A DNA stretch of 64,000 nucleotides, taken from assembly GCA_030704615.1 (NCBI GenBank), contig CM060734.1:25978001-26042000 (forward strand). The letters run 5' to 3'. The translations under genes were made by a program, and so were the position numbers. This DNA comes from Takakia lepidozioides. Its lineage: Eukaryota > Plantae > Bryophyta. Position 1 is the stretch's first letter. Each line of letters opens with the position of its first letter. Below the pieces are notes generated by a model that saw nothing but the letters and a program-made list of their open reading frames with translations, did not search any database and was not told the origin of the DNA. Below, piece after piece: positions 1-12,194 of the stretch.

Positions 1-49
1 GTTGTGCTCATGATATTTCATCTTCCGCTCATGCCAATTCCCAGCGACA

Positions 50-890
50 TGTGCAAATATGGCGCCGAATTTCGCGGTAATAGGGTCCGTAACCTGAAAA
101 AACGGCGACGTATTTCGCGGTAATAGGTCTCTCTGGCGAAAAATGGTGCCGAATTCCGCGGCTATAGGTCCCCTCATGACAGGTAATTCGGCGCCATTTT
201 TCCAGTGCATGTTCGGACTTAGCCAGTTTTCGGCGCAAAATAGGGAAATTCGGCGCCATTTTTCCAGACACTGTACCAGTGCATGTTGGGACTTAGTCAG
301 TTTTCGGCCCAAAAAAGAGAAATTCGGCGCCATTTTTCCAGACACGGTACCAGTGCATGTTGGGTTTGTTTTTCTCCGAAAAATCAATCAGACACGCTCA
401 GAATTACCTGCAGGAAGGTAATTCAGGGCTTCGAAATACCTAACGAATGGAAATTCGGCGCCGAATATCCATACGCCAGCGATCCGACTTACCTGCTGGA
501 TGGAAATCCGGCGCCGGATTTCCATCCATCCGCCTCCGAATTACCTGCGTGAGGGAAATTTCGCGCGCCGCCCTACCTGCGCGGATGGAAATCCGGCGCC
601 GGATTTCCATCCATCCGCCTCTGAATTACCTGCGTGAGGGAAATTTCGCGCGCCGCCCTTCCTGCGCGGATGGAAATCCGGCGCCGGATTTCCATCCATC
701 CGCTTCTGAATTACCTGCGTGAGGGAAATTTCGCGCGCCGCCCTACCTTGCAGGATGGAAATTCGGCGCTGAATTTCCATCCTGCTGCGCTCTGAATTAC
801 CTGCAGGATGGAAATCCGGCGCCGGATTTCCATCCTGCAGCGGTCCGAATTACCTCTACGTTGGAAATTCCGGGCCGAGTTCCGTCGTTT
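50..890. repeat. Tandem array built on a ~30-bp palindrome (GGATGGAAAT[TC]CGGCGCCG[AG]ATTTCCATCC); best-conserved units ~85 bp
   Basis: Perfect palindrome ggatggaaatccggcgccggatttccatcc at ~498, ~583 and ~668 (85-bp period), with degenerate aaattcggcgcc cores upstream and downstream. Confidence 0.9.
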
Positions 891-1620
891 TTCATCCGAC
901 ATGGAGGGCTTCATCGGACATTTAATTGCGCAGTTGGGCAATAAATGTCCACCGCCGTCCGTTTTCATTCGGGCTGGCGACACATGGCTTCCTGGATACG
1001 TACCCTAAATCTGATGCTAATCTTGGCTTAACATGCTATTCGAGGCATGTACCCCAAAAACGGAGATCTTTTTCCATTTTGGCTAGGACTTATGCCGCCT
1101 GAAGGGCGTGGCTCTCCTGAGAGAGACCTCACATCCAAACCGCGGCGGAAGTTGAAAGCTCTGTACTACGGACGACGGCCAATCTCTCGCATGGCCAAAC
1201 TGAAGCTCCAGCAGGAGATTCCAGTGTCTTGCTCACAACCCGCGCCAACTGAAGCCGAATACTCTCAGGCAAGCCACTTCTGCTTTCGCTTTGTTCGATT
1301 TTGCTTTTGCTTTCGCTTTGTTGCCTCGCTTTGTTTTTGCATCTTCATCCTGGCTTCGCTGGATGAGTGAACCTTAGATAGTTGAGTGAACCTTAGATTG
1401 TTTGCAATGCGTGTGCAAATCCGGCAGCTCTGGAGAAGGCTGCTTGTGCATGTCATTCTCAGGCAATGGTTGCATTTGTTTTCATTGTTGTTGCATGGCT
1501 CTCCATACTTCCTAAACTTGTTATGTTTTCATTTTTGTTACACGATTATTGCTATGGTGGTTGCGATGCTGGTTTTGGCACCGATGTTGGTTCTCACGAT
1601 TTTGGGAATGACAGAGTGAC

Positions 1621-3989
1621 GACGAGCCTGGCACGCTGGTGGTATCATCGACTGCTGCAACTCATCGCATGTTTGAACCGCCCACCTTGGAGCGAGAGGG
1701 CAAACTTCAACCTTTTGTTGGTGGACGGGAGGACCTGCAGCGAGAGTACGACAGAATAGGCATTGGGGAGGTTGGTGCAGGCCTCATGGCAGGTGAAGGG
1801 CGTGAGGAAGTGAGAACAACAGATCCGGCAATGGAGGTTGTTGATACAGAAGCAGTAGGGCCCGTCCAAGCAAAGAAGAAGAAGAAAACCAAGCACGTGC
1901 AATCCCCGGCGTGAGAGCCGTCACGGGTTGCGAAGGGGGGAGTTCGCAGTGCGCGAGGGTGTCAGTTCGCCTACCTCAAAGGTGGTCGTCCATCCGGGCT
2001 CCCCTGCTGCTAGCCCTAATAAGAAACAGAAAGCCCGTGAGAGGGCAAAAGAACAGGCAAGACACAAGGCTAGCCAGGAGGAAAGAGAAAAGGCCACTGA
2101 AGAGGCCAGGGGATCCGAACTGACAGATTCCCATGTAAGTGAGGGACGCACAGAGACGGTGGATCCCTCCAAGACACCACAAAGAGGCAGCAACACACCG
2201 GTTAGACCTTCGCGGGCAAGAGCAGCCCCTGCAATTACCCATACGGTGGAGAGTGGAGGAGAGGAAAGAACACCAGAAAGAGCACGGATTGTGCAAGTTC
2301 GAGGTGAAGCCAGGGAGAGGGCAGTAGAGACGGGGAGAGTGCTGGAGGTGGTTTCGCAGGTGGCTGACCCTGTTGAGGAGGACGACAGGGAGCTTTCTGA
2401 CCAGGATGACATCCTCCCGGACATCCCCAGGCCCCAAACTCGGAGCATACAGGCTGGATTTGGCGGTCCTGGTGGGCTGCCGGAAAACCCCTCTGCAGCA
2501 GACATCATGTCGGAGGCAGATATGAAGTTGGCCGCTGCCAAGATGTTGGAGGCAACCCACAGCAACATTGACAGGGTGCTGGGGGGCATGTGTACCCGGC
2601 CAAGCTTCGAATTCCCCTTTTGCCGCATGGTGTCATTGCAGGTGGTGAGACCTGCCCTCTCCAGGCGATATCGACAAAGCTGAAATTCTCTTTCCGGGAT
2701 GGATATCGAATGGGGTCTGCCGCGTTTTAACGTTTCCATTGAGAATAACCACGGAGCTTCCCGTGCCCACACTTCCGATGAGGTGGGACAAATGGGGTCC
2801 CCATTGGCAAACGCGAAATGAGGAGTTCGAGAGATCGATTGCTAGTGATCCTCTTTTCCAGCACTTGTCCGGTAAGATGTTCTACGTGTGGGACGGCAAT
2901 CATCGCCTCCTGGCATGGATGAGCACATTGCCCAAGCCCACCCCAACGACCTTGATTGGCATTCGCCGTGGAGTGTGTTGTGCTGAAGGTTGCGGGGTCC
3001 AAAGATCGCAGTCTTCTCAAAGCTGCAATGGCGGACATCAACTCGTAAGTTACAACGCCTCTCGCTTTTGGACTTTGAATTTGGAAGTCATTTCATTGCG
3101 AATCCTCATATATGATGAAAATTCCCATTTCAGTATTGTTTGATGGAAATGTGGCACTGCAGGGTGACTGAGAATGCCTTCATTGCCACCAACTTGTCCC
3201 ATATGCTCTTCCGAGTGAATGATGTCGGGAAGCAGGGGGTGCAAGAGTTTGCCAATTCCCTCAGTGCCGACCTCCTGCGCAAGTCGAGGCAAAGGCAAGA
3301 CAGAACCTGATATAGGCTGAGCGTCGACGCCATGGTGGACTACATATTTCGGGTAAAGCTCCTGACAGTTTTGTTGAGCTAATCTGTCTCTCCTCCCCCA
3401 ATAGAAGAAATTGTGTTGAGCAGGATCTCTAATCTTATGTGCGCATTCTTGACAGACGAAAATACAGCAGGATTTGGCACATGCGCGGAGGTTCTACATG
3501 GAGTCAGAGGAGAAGAATCCAACCCTCCCGGCACTCGAATCGTATGTCAAAGCTGCGGAGGTGAGGGCCCGCATAAAGTACAAGTCGCGGATGGTAAAGT
3601 ACGTGGCCATAGCTGATCCCGCCCTTGGTGTGCCGACTTTCTGGTGGAGGTGGGGAAGCACTACTCTCACGCTCTGAAGCCCACGATGACATTGGAGAAA
3701 GCTCCATCGTCTAGCCACATCCTGTGTGGATGCAAACAGAAAAGGTGATACATTCTTAACCAAATTGTGGTGGCAACAACTCCTTTTGTGGTGTTTGGCG
3801 CTTACGAATATGCTGGGGTGTTGGACAGACCCGGTGGCTCCAAATCTGGAATGGTTCCCAAAGTACCAGGGACATGTGGAGCTTCCCCAAACCGGACAAC
3901 TCTCTGACCCCACATTCGACATGTGGATGAACCGCATGACATGGTGTTTCAGGTACTTCCCCACGCTTCGTTTGGGGCTTCTACTCTAG
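1621..3989 (+). pseudogene. Decayed multi-exon gene (probably TE-borne) with a low-complexity N-terminus and a ParB/Sulfiredoxin-like domain
   Basis: ORF pieces 1639-1914, 1928-2683, 2739-3045, ~3163-3351 and ~3456-3989 join across frameshifts and stops. GT..AG introns at ~3046-3162 and ~3352-3455. Motif KMFYVWDGNHRLLAW at ~2875-2920. A homologous copy lies at 15839-17060. The domain call rests on the motif only. Confidence 0.6.
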
Positions 3990-4074
3990 TAGGGGGTGGA
4001 TTCATTGTATTTTTTCAGGAAAGTGATCTGATGGAGAATCTCCACAGGTGACGACGAATGCGCAAGAGCAGCTG

Positions 4075-4432
4075 GACGGCGCCATTTTCCAGTTCTAGGC
4101 CCTATTGCCGTTCAGGGACTTGGCCATTTTCGGGCTAAGTCCCTAGACTGGCTGGCCCTGAACTGGAAATTCGGCGCCATTTTCCAGTTCCAGGCCCTAT
4201 TGCCGTTTAGGGACTTAGCCATTTTCGGGCTAAGTCCCTAGACTGGCTGGCCCCGAACTGGAAATTCGGTGCCATTTTCCAGTTCTAGGCCCTATTGCCG
4301 TTCAGGGACGTAGCCATTTTCGGGCTAAGTCCCTAGGGTGGCTGGCCCTGAAGTGGAAATTCGGCGCCATTTTCCAGTTCTAGGCCCAATTGCCGTTCAG
4401 GGACTTAGCCATTTTCGGGCTAAGTCCCTAGG
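4075..4432. repeat. ~95-bp tandem repeat with the same ggaaattcggcgccattttcc core
   Basis: About 4 copies of ...ggaaattcggcgccattttccagttctaggccctattgccgttcagggacttagccattttcgggctaagtccctag...; abuts the truncated integrase end. Confidence 0.9.
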
Positions 4433-5487
4433 TACATCTTTTGTATGACGTAAGGTCCCTTCCATGGTGATTTAAGCTTAGAAACTTTAATCTTTCCCTT
4501 CTTCTGCAACCACAGTATCAAATCTCCCGTCTTAAAAGTCTTTAATTTACCTTCATCGAACTGATCCTTCCTCTTCATCTGAATTCTGGTCATGTGATCC
4601 GCTGCATCAGCACGTACTTCTTCCACATGGTATAATTCATGTTTCCTGACCTTAATTGAATCTTCCAATTCCATTCTCCTTCCCCATTCAGTTCTCATGG
4701 TAGGTAACAAGAATTCTACTGGAAGTAAAGCTTCTATACCATAAACTAATTGGAATGGTGTATACTTAGTGGTGACTTTATATGAAGTCCTGTATGACCA
4801 CAAAGCTGTCAGCAGCTTTGTATCCCAATCTGTTCTGTTCGCATTGACTATCTTTGCCAAGATAGTATATAGTATTTTGTTGGTGGCTTCTGTCTGCCCA
4901 TTACCTTGTGGGTAATAGGTTGTACTCTTCCTATGCACAATCATGAACTCTTTAGTCAATAGTTCTATGGTCTCATTAATGAAGTGACTTCCCTGGTCAC
5001 TGATAAATTCCAGGGGACAGCCAAATCTTGTAACTATGTTCTCATACAAGAACCTTGCTGTGGACTTAGCTGTGTTGTCCCTCAGAGCCTTAGCTTCCAC
5101 CCACTTTGTAGTATAATCAGTGGCTGTGATTATATACTTGTTTTGTGTATTTCTGGCTGGTGGGTTAATTGGTCCAACAAAGTCTAGTCCCCATTTCTGA
5201 AATGGTTCCGTAGGCATCGTAGGATGCAAAGCCATCTTCCCAGATCTCTGCAATGGTCCTAGCCTCTGACACTCATCACAACTCTTGCAATACTTGTGTA
5301 CATCCTTGAACAATGTAGGCCACCAGTAACCTGCAAGTAGTATCTTTCTACTGGTAGTCTCTTCTCCAAAATGACCTCCAGCCACTCCTTTATGAACTTC
5401 CTCCAAAACTTTATTTACTTCATGGTGGTACAAACATCGTTTAAGTACTCCATCAGGTCCTAGCTTATATATTCTGCCCCCTATCAT
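4420..5487 (-). CDS. Integrase of gypsy element 1 (HHCC zinc finger, DDE core, GPY/F motif), C-terminally truncated
   Basis: HKGVAGGHFG...CDEC; WGLDFVGP; SDQGSHF; YYPQGNGQTEATN; WKGPY. Confidence 0.95.
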   Translation of the reverse strand: MIGGRIYKLGPDGVLKRCLYHHEVNKVLEEVHKGVAGGHFGEETTSRKILLAGYWWPTLFKDVHKYCKSCDECQRLGPLQRSGKMALHPTMPTEPFQKWGLDFVGPINPPARNTQNKYIITATDYTTKWVEAKALRDNTAKSTARFLYENIVTRFGCPLEFISDQGSHFINETIELLTKEFMIVHRKSTTYYPQGNGQTEATNKILYTILAKIVNANRTDWDTKLLTALWSYRTSYKVTTKYTPFQLVYGIEALLPVEFLLPTMRTEWGRRMELEDSIKVRKHELYHVEEVRADAADHMTRIQMKRKDQFDEGKLKTFKTGDLILWLQKKGKIKVSKLKSPWKGPYVIQKMYLGT

Positions 5488-5550
5488 AGTGTAAGGTAAA
5501 GCTTTGATAGCTATTCTCTTCCTCTGCTCCTTCCCATAACTAGGTGGGCA

Positions 5551-6240
5551 CTAACCATGAGTAAGGTAGTATCTGATTGGCCACTGCCAATCTAACCAAT
5601 CATCTGCACTTCCCTGCACCTCCACTGCAAATAAACTCGCATCAGGTAGTTGGTCGTCTACTCCTCTGGCGGGCTCTCCTATTGATAGGCGTGACAAGTG
5701 ATCTGCCACAAGATGCAAATGGCCAGGCTTGTAAACAACTTTGAACTCAAACTCGTGCAAGATTATTAACCATCTTGCTATCCTTCCACTTATCAAAGGC
5801 TTGTTCACCAGATAAATCAGAGCCTGATGATCCACATAAAACATAAACTTCTTTCCCAATAGGTAATGCCTAAATTTCTTGACTGCATAAATCATTGCCA
5901 ATGCTTCTCTTTCAGTTGTGCTATAGTTCATCTCAGCACTGTTCATGAATCTGCTAGCATAATACACAGGTGAATCTATGTTTTTTGTAACATTTTGGGC
6001 TAATACTGCTCCCAATGCTTCTCCTGAGGCATCACAGTGAACATGAAATACTACATGCCAGTGAGGGTTAATCAGCACAGGTGTAGTTGTTACTGACAAT
6101 GTAAGTTCCTCAAAAGCCTGTTGATATTCAGCTGTCAATGCAAACACTGCATCTTTCTTCAGAAGCTTGCTCAATGGTGCTGTTATCTGTGCATACCGTC
6201 TGACAAATCTTCTGTAATAACTGGTTTGTCCAAGGAATCT
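5551..6240 (-). CDS. RT connection/RNase H of gypsy element 1 (disrupted)
   Basis: HCDASGEALGAVL, NYSTTEREALAMIYAVKKFRHYL, YVDHQAL, ADHLSR. Confidence 0.93.
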   Translation of the reverse strand, partial: RFLGQTSYYRRFVRRYAQITAPLSKLLKKDAVFALTAEYQQAFEELTLSVTTTPVLINPHWHVVFHVHCDASGEALGAVLAQNVTKNIDSPVYYASRFMNSAEMNYSTTEREALAMIYAVKKFRHYLLGKKFMFYVDHQALIYLVNKPLISGRIARWLIILHEFEFKVVYKPGHLHLVADHLSRLSIGEPARGVDDQLPDASLFAVEVQGSADDWLDWQWPIRYYLTHG

Positions 6241-6242
6241 CC

Positions 6243-7060
6243 TTAGACTCTTAACATTTCATGGTGGTGGAGAGGCTTTAATGGCCTCTGTTTTTCTGGG
6301 ATCCACAAGAAGTCCCCTCTACACACAATGTGTCCCAAAAGTACCCCTGAGTTCACACAAAAAGTACACTTCTCTGGATTCAGGCCCAGACCTCTCATCC
6401 TGCATCTGGCCAAACATAACTCCAATTTATGCAAGTGCTCATTCTTAGAGTTGTACACACTGAAATCATCCAAGAACACCTGCATGAAATCATCCAGATA
6501 CTCATGGAAATATTCACTTATCACTCTCTGAAAGGTTGCTAGTGCATTACAAAGTCCAAAAAGCATGACTTTGTATGCATAAGCACCCCAGTCTGTGATG
6601 GAAGCTGTCTTTCCTTGGTCTTCTTCTGCCACTTGCACTTGGTTATACCCACTGAAGCCATCCATGAATGAGTACATCTCATGGCCTGCCACAGTGTCCA
6701 GTACCACTTCTGTGAATGGCAAAGGGAAGGGATCTTTCTTTGTACAAGCATTCAACTTCTTATAGTTTACACAAACTCTCAGTTTACCATTCTTCTTGGG
6801 AACTATCACAATGGGTGACAACCAAGTGTATACTCTATCGGGTATATGAACTTAGCCTCAGCCAACTTCTTGATCTCTTCCCCAACCTTCTGTGCATAGT
6901 TGGGATTCATTCTGTACCTTGCCTGTTTGATTGGTACTGACCCTGGTTCCAGTTCAATCTTATGCTGACAGATCTCAGGTGGTATCCCTTTCAGATCCTC
7001 ATAGCTCCAAGCAAATACATCTCTGTATTTGATGAACAGACTCTTAGCTTCCTCAAAGAA
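6243..7060 (-). CDS. Reverse transcriptase of gypsy element 1 (frameshifted)
   Basis: FAWSYEDLKGI, SPIVIVPKKNGKLRVCV, MDGFSGYNQV, MLFGLCNA, FLDD. Confidence 0.95.
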
Positions 7061-7539
7061 TTCTGGCTCTAAGTCAGCCCCTACTTTCACCATTCTCGGT
7101 TCCTCCTCAATTCCCACATTCACTTCTCTCACCTGCTCATCAGCTGTGATTGTCCAACCAGTCACTACTTCATCCTGCAAACTTACAGTGGCTGGTTCTT
7201 CTAGGATTTCCATTTCTCCCTCTCTTTCCTCATAGAAATGTGGTGGGTAACTGCTTGTTTCACCCTCAATTGGTGTTGCTGTTACTACACCACAACAGAT
7301 ACCTTTTAAACAACTTAGGCCTTCCAGTTCCATTTCTGCAACCTGCTCCCACTCTGGGTGTGCAACAAACAGGGTAGCTTCCTGCTCCTCATCAAGTCCT
7401 CTCCTCCAGTCATACTCTCTAACTCCCCGAGGTCTTCTCGTAGCAGGTAGTCTACTAGATTTATTTGTGTTGATTTGTATCTTGTGCTTCCCATCATGCA
7501 CAGTTAGTAACTGGGAATTCCAGTCATGGAATACCCTGG

Positions 7540-7963
7540 CCTGTTTCAGCCATGGTTGACCCAGCAATAAGGAGTAAGCTTCCATGACATCATCCATTTT
7601 CAACACAGTCACTGTGATCTTAAAGATCATCTTTTGAATCTGTATCTTAACTCCTCTTATCAAACCTAATGGCTAAACACTTCTTTGATCTGCCATTATT
7701 ACTGTGAATGGGGCTGGTTTCATGTTACTTAGACCAAGCTTCTGCCTTAATTGGTTTGTTATGATATTCACTCCAGAGCCTCCATCTATCAGTACATCAG
7801 TCAGATCTGTGCTTCCAATTCTCAATTGGATTACTGGCATAGAATCATCAAAGTCCATGACTGTTTCTCGCCCTTTCAGCTTCACATTATAATTGGTCAC
7901 CTTGCTATTCATGCCTGTGTTCTCTATCTCATGGGCAATCTGATTGATTGCTTGATACAGCAT
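7540..7963 (-). CDS. Aspartic protease of gypsy element 1 (internal stop)
   Basis: VLIDGGSGVNII ... YSLLLGQPWL. Confidence 0.9.
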
Positions 7964-8591
7964 GTGCCTTCAATGAGGTGCCACAGCCAAAAACTGTCCA
8001 ACGGTAATCTCCCCTTTGGACTGGCATATTACTTTAGCCAAAGTCCCTTCATTACTTTGCACTTCTGCAACTTCTTTCTTTCCTTCATCCTCACTCTCTT
8101 CATCTTCTCTTCCAGAATCAGAGGAATCTGCCATAGGGATATCAGTACTCTTCTGCATTTCCCTTATGATATCTGTCACTTCCCTGTGCAATTCCTTCTC
8201 ATCTCTCCAAGCCTCATCATCTTCAGGCACATCACAACCATCTTCATTATCATCATCTTCCTCATCTACTGGAGGTATTAGTTTAGCTTTGCTTCTGGTT
8301 ACTATCATTGTACTTACTTCTAGTACAACACATGGCCTAACCATGTGAGCTGCCACCACTGGGCCCTCATTCACAGGAGCTCTCATCTCATTCTGGTGTC
8401 TGATCCAGAATGGACAGGCTGCCTTGCGATGTCTTGCCTGATTACAATAGTAACACAGTTCTTCACCATTGGGTCCTCTCCCTTGATCTGCTCTAGGATT
8501 ATTTCTATAATCCTGATTCCCTGGCTGGTAATTCCCCCTTGGATTACCCTGATAGTTGCCTCTGGGATTGCCTTGGTAATTCCCTCTTGGA

Positions 8592-10350
8592 TTACCTCTC
8601 CTTCCATACCATTGTTATAACCACCAGGCCTACCATAGTGGCCTGATCACTGTTTCTTCTTGGTTGGGGCTGCACTTGATGCACCCTTACTTGCCTAGGT
8701 TCTCTTACCGCTGTCCTTCTGTTGTAATAACAATTCTTAGTAGAATGGTTATCCATTTTACAGATAGTACAGTGTTTCTCCTTCATGTGGCATTCAGTTG
8801 TGGTATGGCCTTCATTCTGGCATTTTGCACACCAAACACCCTTCCTCCAATGCGTTGCAGCCTCTGTGGCATACTTCTTCAAGATCTCTTCTAATCTTTT
8901 CTCATAGTTATCCCTCTTCAACTTTTCCTTCTTCTTACTCTTCCTCTTGAGCTCTTGCTCTTCTTCCTCATCTGACTCATCCTCAGAGTCCTCATCATCT
9001 TTTCTCTCTCCTGAGCATTCCCAATTGCTCAATTCTGTAAGCTGTTTCAAATGCTTCCTCCACCGTATTATGGGGTAGCATATCCACTTTCTTTTGCAAC
9101 TCTGGTCTTAGTCCACTCACAAACCAACTCTTCTGTAATCCTGGTGCTGGTACAACAGCCAACTTTTTCATCATCAATCCCATCTTTTCTATGTACTCTT
9201 CAACAGTTTCATGCTTCTTTTGCTTTAACTGTTGTAAACTTTCATACACTTCATCCTCAGTTTTACTTGTCCTGAACCTATTTTTTAATGCTGTACTTAA
9301 GCCATTCCAGGTTAGGAAATGATTAACAAAGAATCTTGCACACCATTCACTTGCTTTCTTTATAAGTGAACAAGGAAACAGTCTCATTTTGGCATCATCG
9401 CCATTCTCATTGTTCACAATACACATGTGCTCAAATTGGCTGATGTGTACATCAGGATCCCCTTTTCTTGCATATATTGGAAAAGGTGGTTTTGCCCGTG
9501 TTGGTTGTAACGCCATCTGTGGCCCTACCCCCTGCCCACTGAGAGGTGTTGGCCCCCCTGTTGGTGCTGGTCTTTGAGGACCTGTTGTAGTTGTGGTGGA
9601 ACTTCCACCAAGTGCTGGCCCCTGAGCACTCCCTGCTACTGGCCCCACTATATTCACAGTATTCCCAGCTCCAGTTGCACTACTTCCCACACTCCCTGTC
9701 CCCCCAGAGCCAGATCCAGGCTGCCCGCCTGCTCCCCCTGAGCCGACACCTTCGTTGGCCTGTGATCCAAGTGCTCCACTTGATCCAGGTCCAACAGGTT
9801 GGGATATCCTGGTTGTAGTCTCAACCTCAACTGTTGGGTCTACTTCTTCATACTCTTTATCTTCCAATTTCTTCTCTCTGTTTTCATCTTCCAAGTTCTG
9901 CCCTTGGGTTTCTTCTTCTTCACTCATGTAACTCAATTGAAGTGCTGTGGGAGAGTCTGAACTCTCCGTTGGCTCTGCCACATCCTCCTCTCCTTCCTGG
10001 CCTTGTGCCTCAGAAACTGGTGTTCCTGCTTTTGGTGTTCCATGCCAACTCTGATCAAAGATTTCCGTCAAATCTTTAATCCAGGGATGTACCTCAGATC
10101 TTTCACCTCGTGGTTGATCTTCTTCCTGTACCAATTCCCTTAATCTTTCTTGTAAAGAATAAGAAGGAGTAGCATCCAACTCTAGTTCTTCCGGTATGGG
10201 TGATGTACTCTTTGATCTTAACGGTGTGAGAGGTCCAGCTGATTCCCCTATGTCTATTCCTCTCTCCCAAAGATATGGATAATTAGCTTTCAGATAACTT
10301 TCTCTTTTTGCTGAATATCTCTGGAGTCTAGTTTCTCTTTCATCACTCAT
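8592..10350 (-). CDS. Gag of gypsy element 1 with CCHC zinc knuckles (frameshifted)
   Basis: DPDVHISQF, LFPCSL, LKQKKHETVEEY, FVSGLRPEL; CAKCQNEGHTTTEC and CTICKMDNHSTKNC. Confidence 0.9.
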
Positions 10351-10370
10351 GTCCCATGTCTTTTATATCT

Positions 10371-11066
10371 TTAATGAGGCAATAACCAAAACTCTCTTCT
10401 GTAGTATCTCTCGTATATGCCTGGATTTCTTTCAAGCTTCAATGCACCTTTGGTTATACTAGAAGTCTCCGTTACCATATAACCATATGGCAAACAAGTC
10501 TGAAAAGCTGTTCTTAGTGTGAGTTTGATCCACAGAATATCCTTAGGAATCCAATTCTTTACCAGTACAAGCTCTTCATGCATATGAGTGTAAACATTCA
10601 CTTTCCTTTCCTCCCAGCCTTCAAACTCTACTCGCTTAATGGATAGCAATGCTATCACATAAACCAGTGTTGGTAACCAATGTGCTCTTCCTCTACAGGC
10701 CACTTGATAAATCTTTATCACTCCTTTCTCCAGACCCCACTCAGGGTCAACATCATGCACTCTCTTAAGAATGTTTTATTTACAACCGTCACGCAATTCC
10801 AAGAACCTCTAAAAGAATTGTTTGGACAATCTTTCCTTCTCAGTTCCACAGGGAATTTGATTCACGTCAAATTCTTTAATTCTCCAACCACCATGATCCC
10901 ACCAGATGCCTGTCACATCTGGTTGTTCATGACCCAGTTCCCCAGTATGGTCGCCAAATGTCAAGCGGCTTTTACTCACCCATCCCTTCGCTATCCGAGG
11001 CGGAAACTCCAAGATAGAAGAGTTGGATATCTCTAAACACTCAGCCCACTCAGAACAATCAGTCAT
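10371..11066 (-). pseudogene. Extra ORF of unknown function upstream of gag in element 1
   Basis: ORFs 10809-11066 and 10371-10760 are in the same frame, separated by two stops (~230 codons in total); ends 20 nt before the gag ATG. Confidence 0.5.
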
Positions 11067-11275
11067 GACCTACAGCTAGTGAATCATGGTTGTGCTTCCT
11101 ATTTGTATTTCTTCTTGCCTTCATGTTAGCCAATTACCTTACTGTGCATACTGAAGCATCAGATTGCTTCAGTATCTATCAAGTTCCAATCAATCATTCA
11201 TTCATTCCACAGCTTCATTCATGTCTCTCTACACATTGTATTTGTATTGAATTAGTATCAGATTATGATTTATCA

Positions 11276-11800
11276 GGTATCAGGCCAATGCCATGATGTC
11301 CCTAATCTACCCTACTGTATGATTCTACAGCTTGCATGAATTAAGCCTCAATCAAGTCATCATCTCATCTTCACTGTTTCCGCTCTCCGTTTCGTCTCCT
11401 CTTCCCCTGACCAAGTCGCGCTCTCCAAGAAGTGATCCCCTTCCTGTTGCCACCCTGCCTAATCTACCCGCAAGCTGTTCTAACCACCTAACTAACTAAC
11501 TGTCACCCCTGAAGTAACACGTTCCCTCTGCAGATGTCGTTCCCACATAGTCGTTCCCTGTCAATGATAACCGTTCCCTATGTACGATGTGACGGGCTGT
11601 GCCAAGCTGTGTCGAGCTGTGACTGGCTGTGTAAAAACTGTGTCGGGCTGTGACTGGCTGTGCCAAGCTGTGTCGGGCTGTGTCGGGCTATGTCAGACTG
11701 TGTCGGCCTGTCTACCACCCCTAAAGCCTGTGCCTGTCACCCCTAAGGCCTCTGTTGGTCTAAGTCTTCCCTTCGTAAGTCTGCGCAAAAATTAAGGGTA
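11276..11800 (-). mobile_element. Candidate PBS (11276-11293) and partial 5' LTR of element 1, containing 10-bp microrepeats
   Basis: Minus strand reads ...gggacatCA|TGGcattggcctgatacc, an LTR-end CA followed by TGG. (gctgtgtcgg)n-like repeats at 11590-11710. The far end of the LTR is not defined. Confidence 0.45.
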
Positions 11801-11899
11801 CCCCACAGAACCCGTAAAAACGCCAAACAACCCTCTAACATTTACTTCGTGGTTGGCTCCATAAAAGCGTGTCTCGGGAGAGCTCCTGCGGGCTGTAAG

Positions 11900-12151
11900 T
11901 GGCTGCAAGTGGCGGCCGGAATCCATCCCCCGGATGGTAATATGGCGCCGAACTTCCATCCAACAGGGGTTGGATGAAGTCGTCTCGGGGGGAGAGGGCT
12001 CCACGTGGCTGCCAGAATCCATCCCCTGGATGGAAATTTGGCGCCGAATTTCCATCCGAGAGGGGTTGGATGAAGTCGTCTCAGGGGCAAAGGCCAGCAC
12101 GTGGATGCCATAATCCATCCCCCGGATGGAAATATGACGCTGAATTTCCAT

Positions 12152-12194
<43 letters not shown>

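Larger units (their letters stand above)
4420..11800 (-). mobile_element. Ty3/gypsy LTR retrotransposon 1 (decayed, 3'-truncated)
   Basis: Order on the minus strand is gag-CCHC-protease-RT-RNaseH-integrase, with several stops and frameshifts. No PPT or 3' LTR is seen; the integrase runs into a tandem array. Confidence 0.95.
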
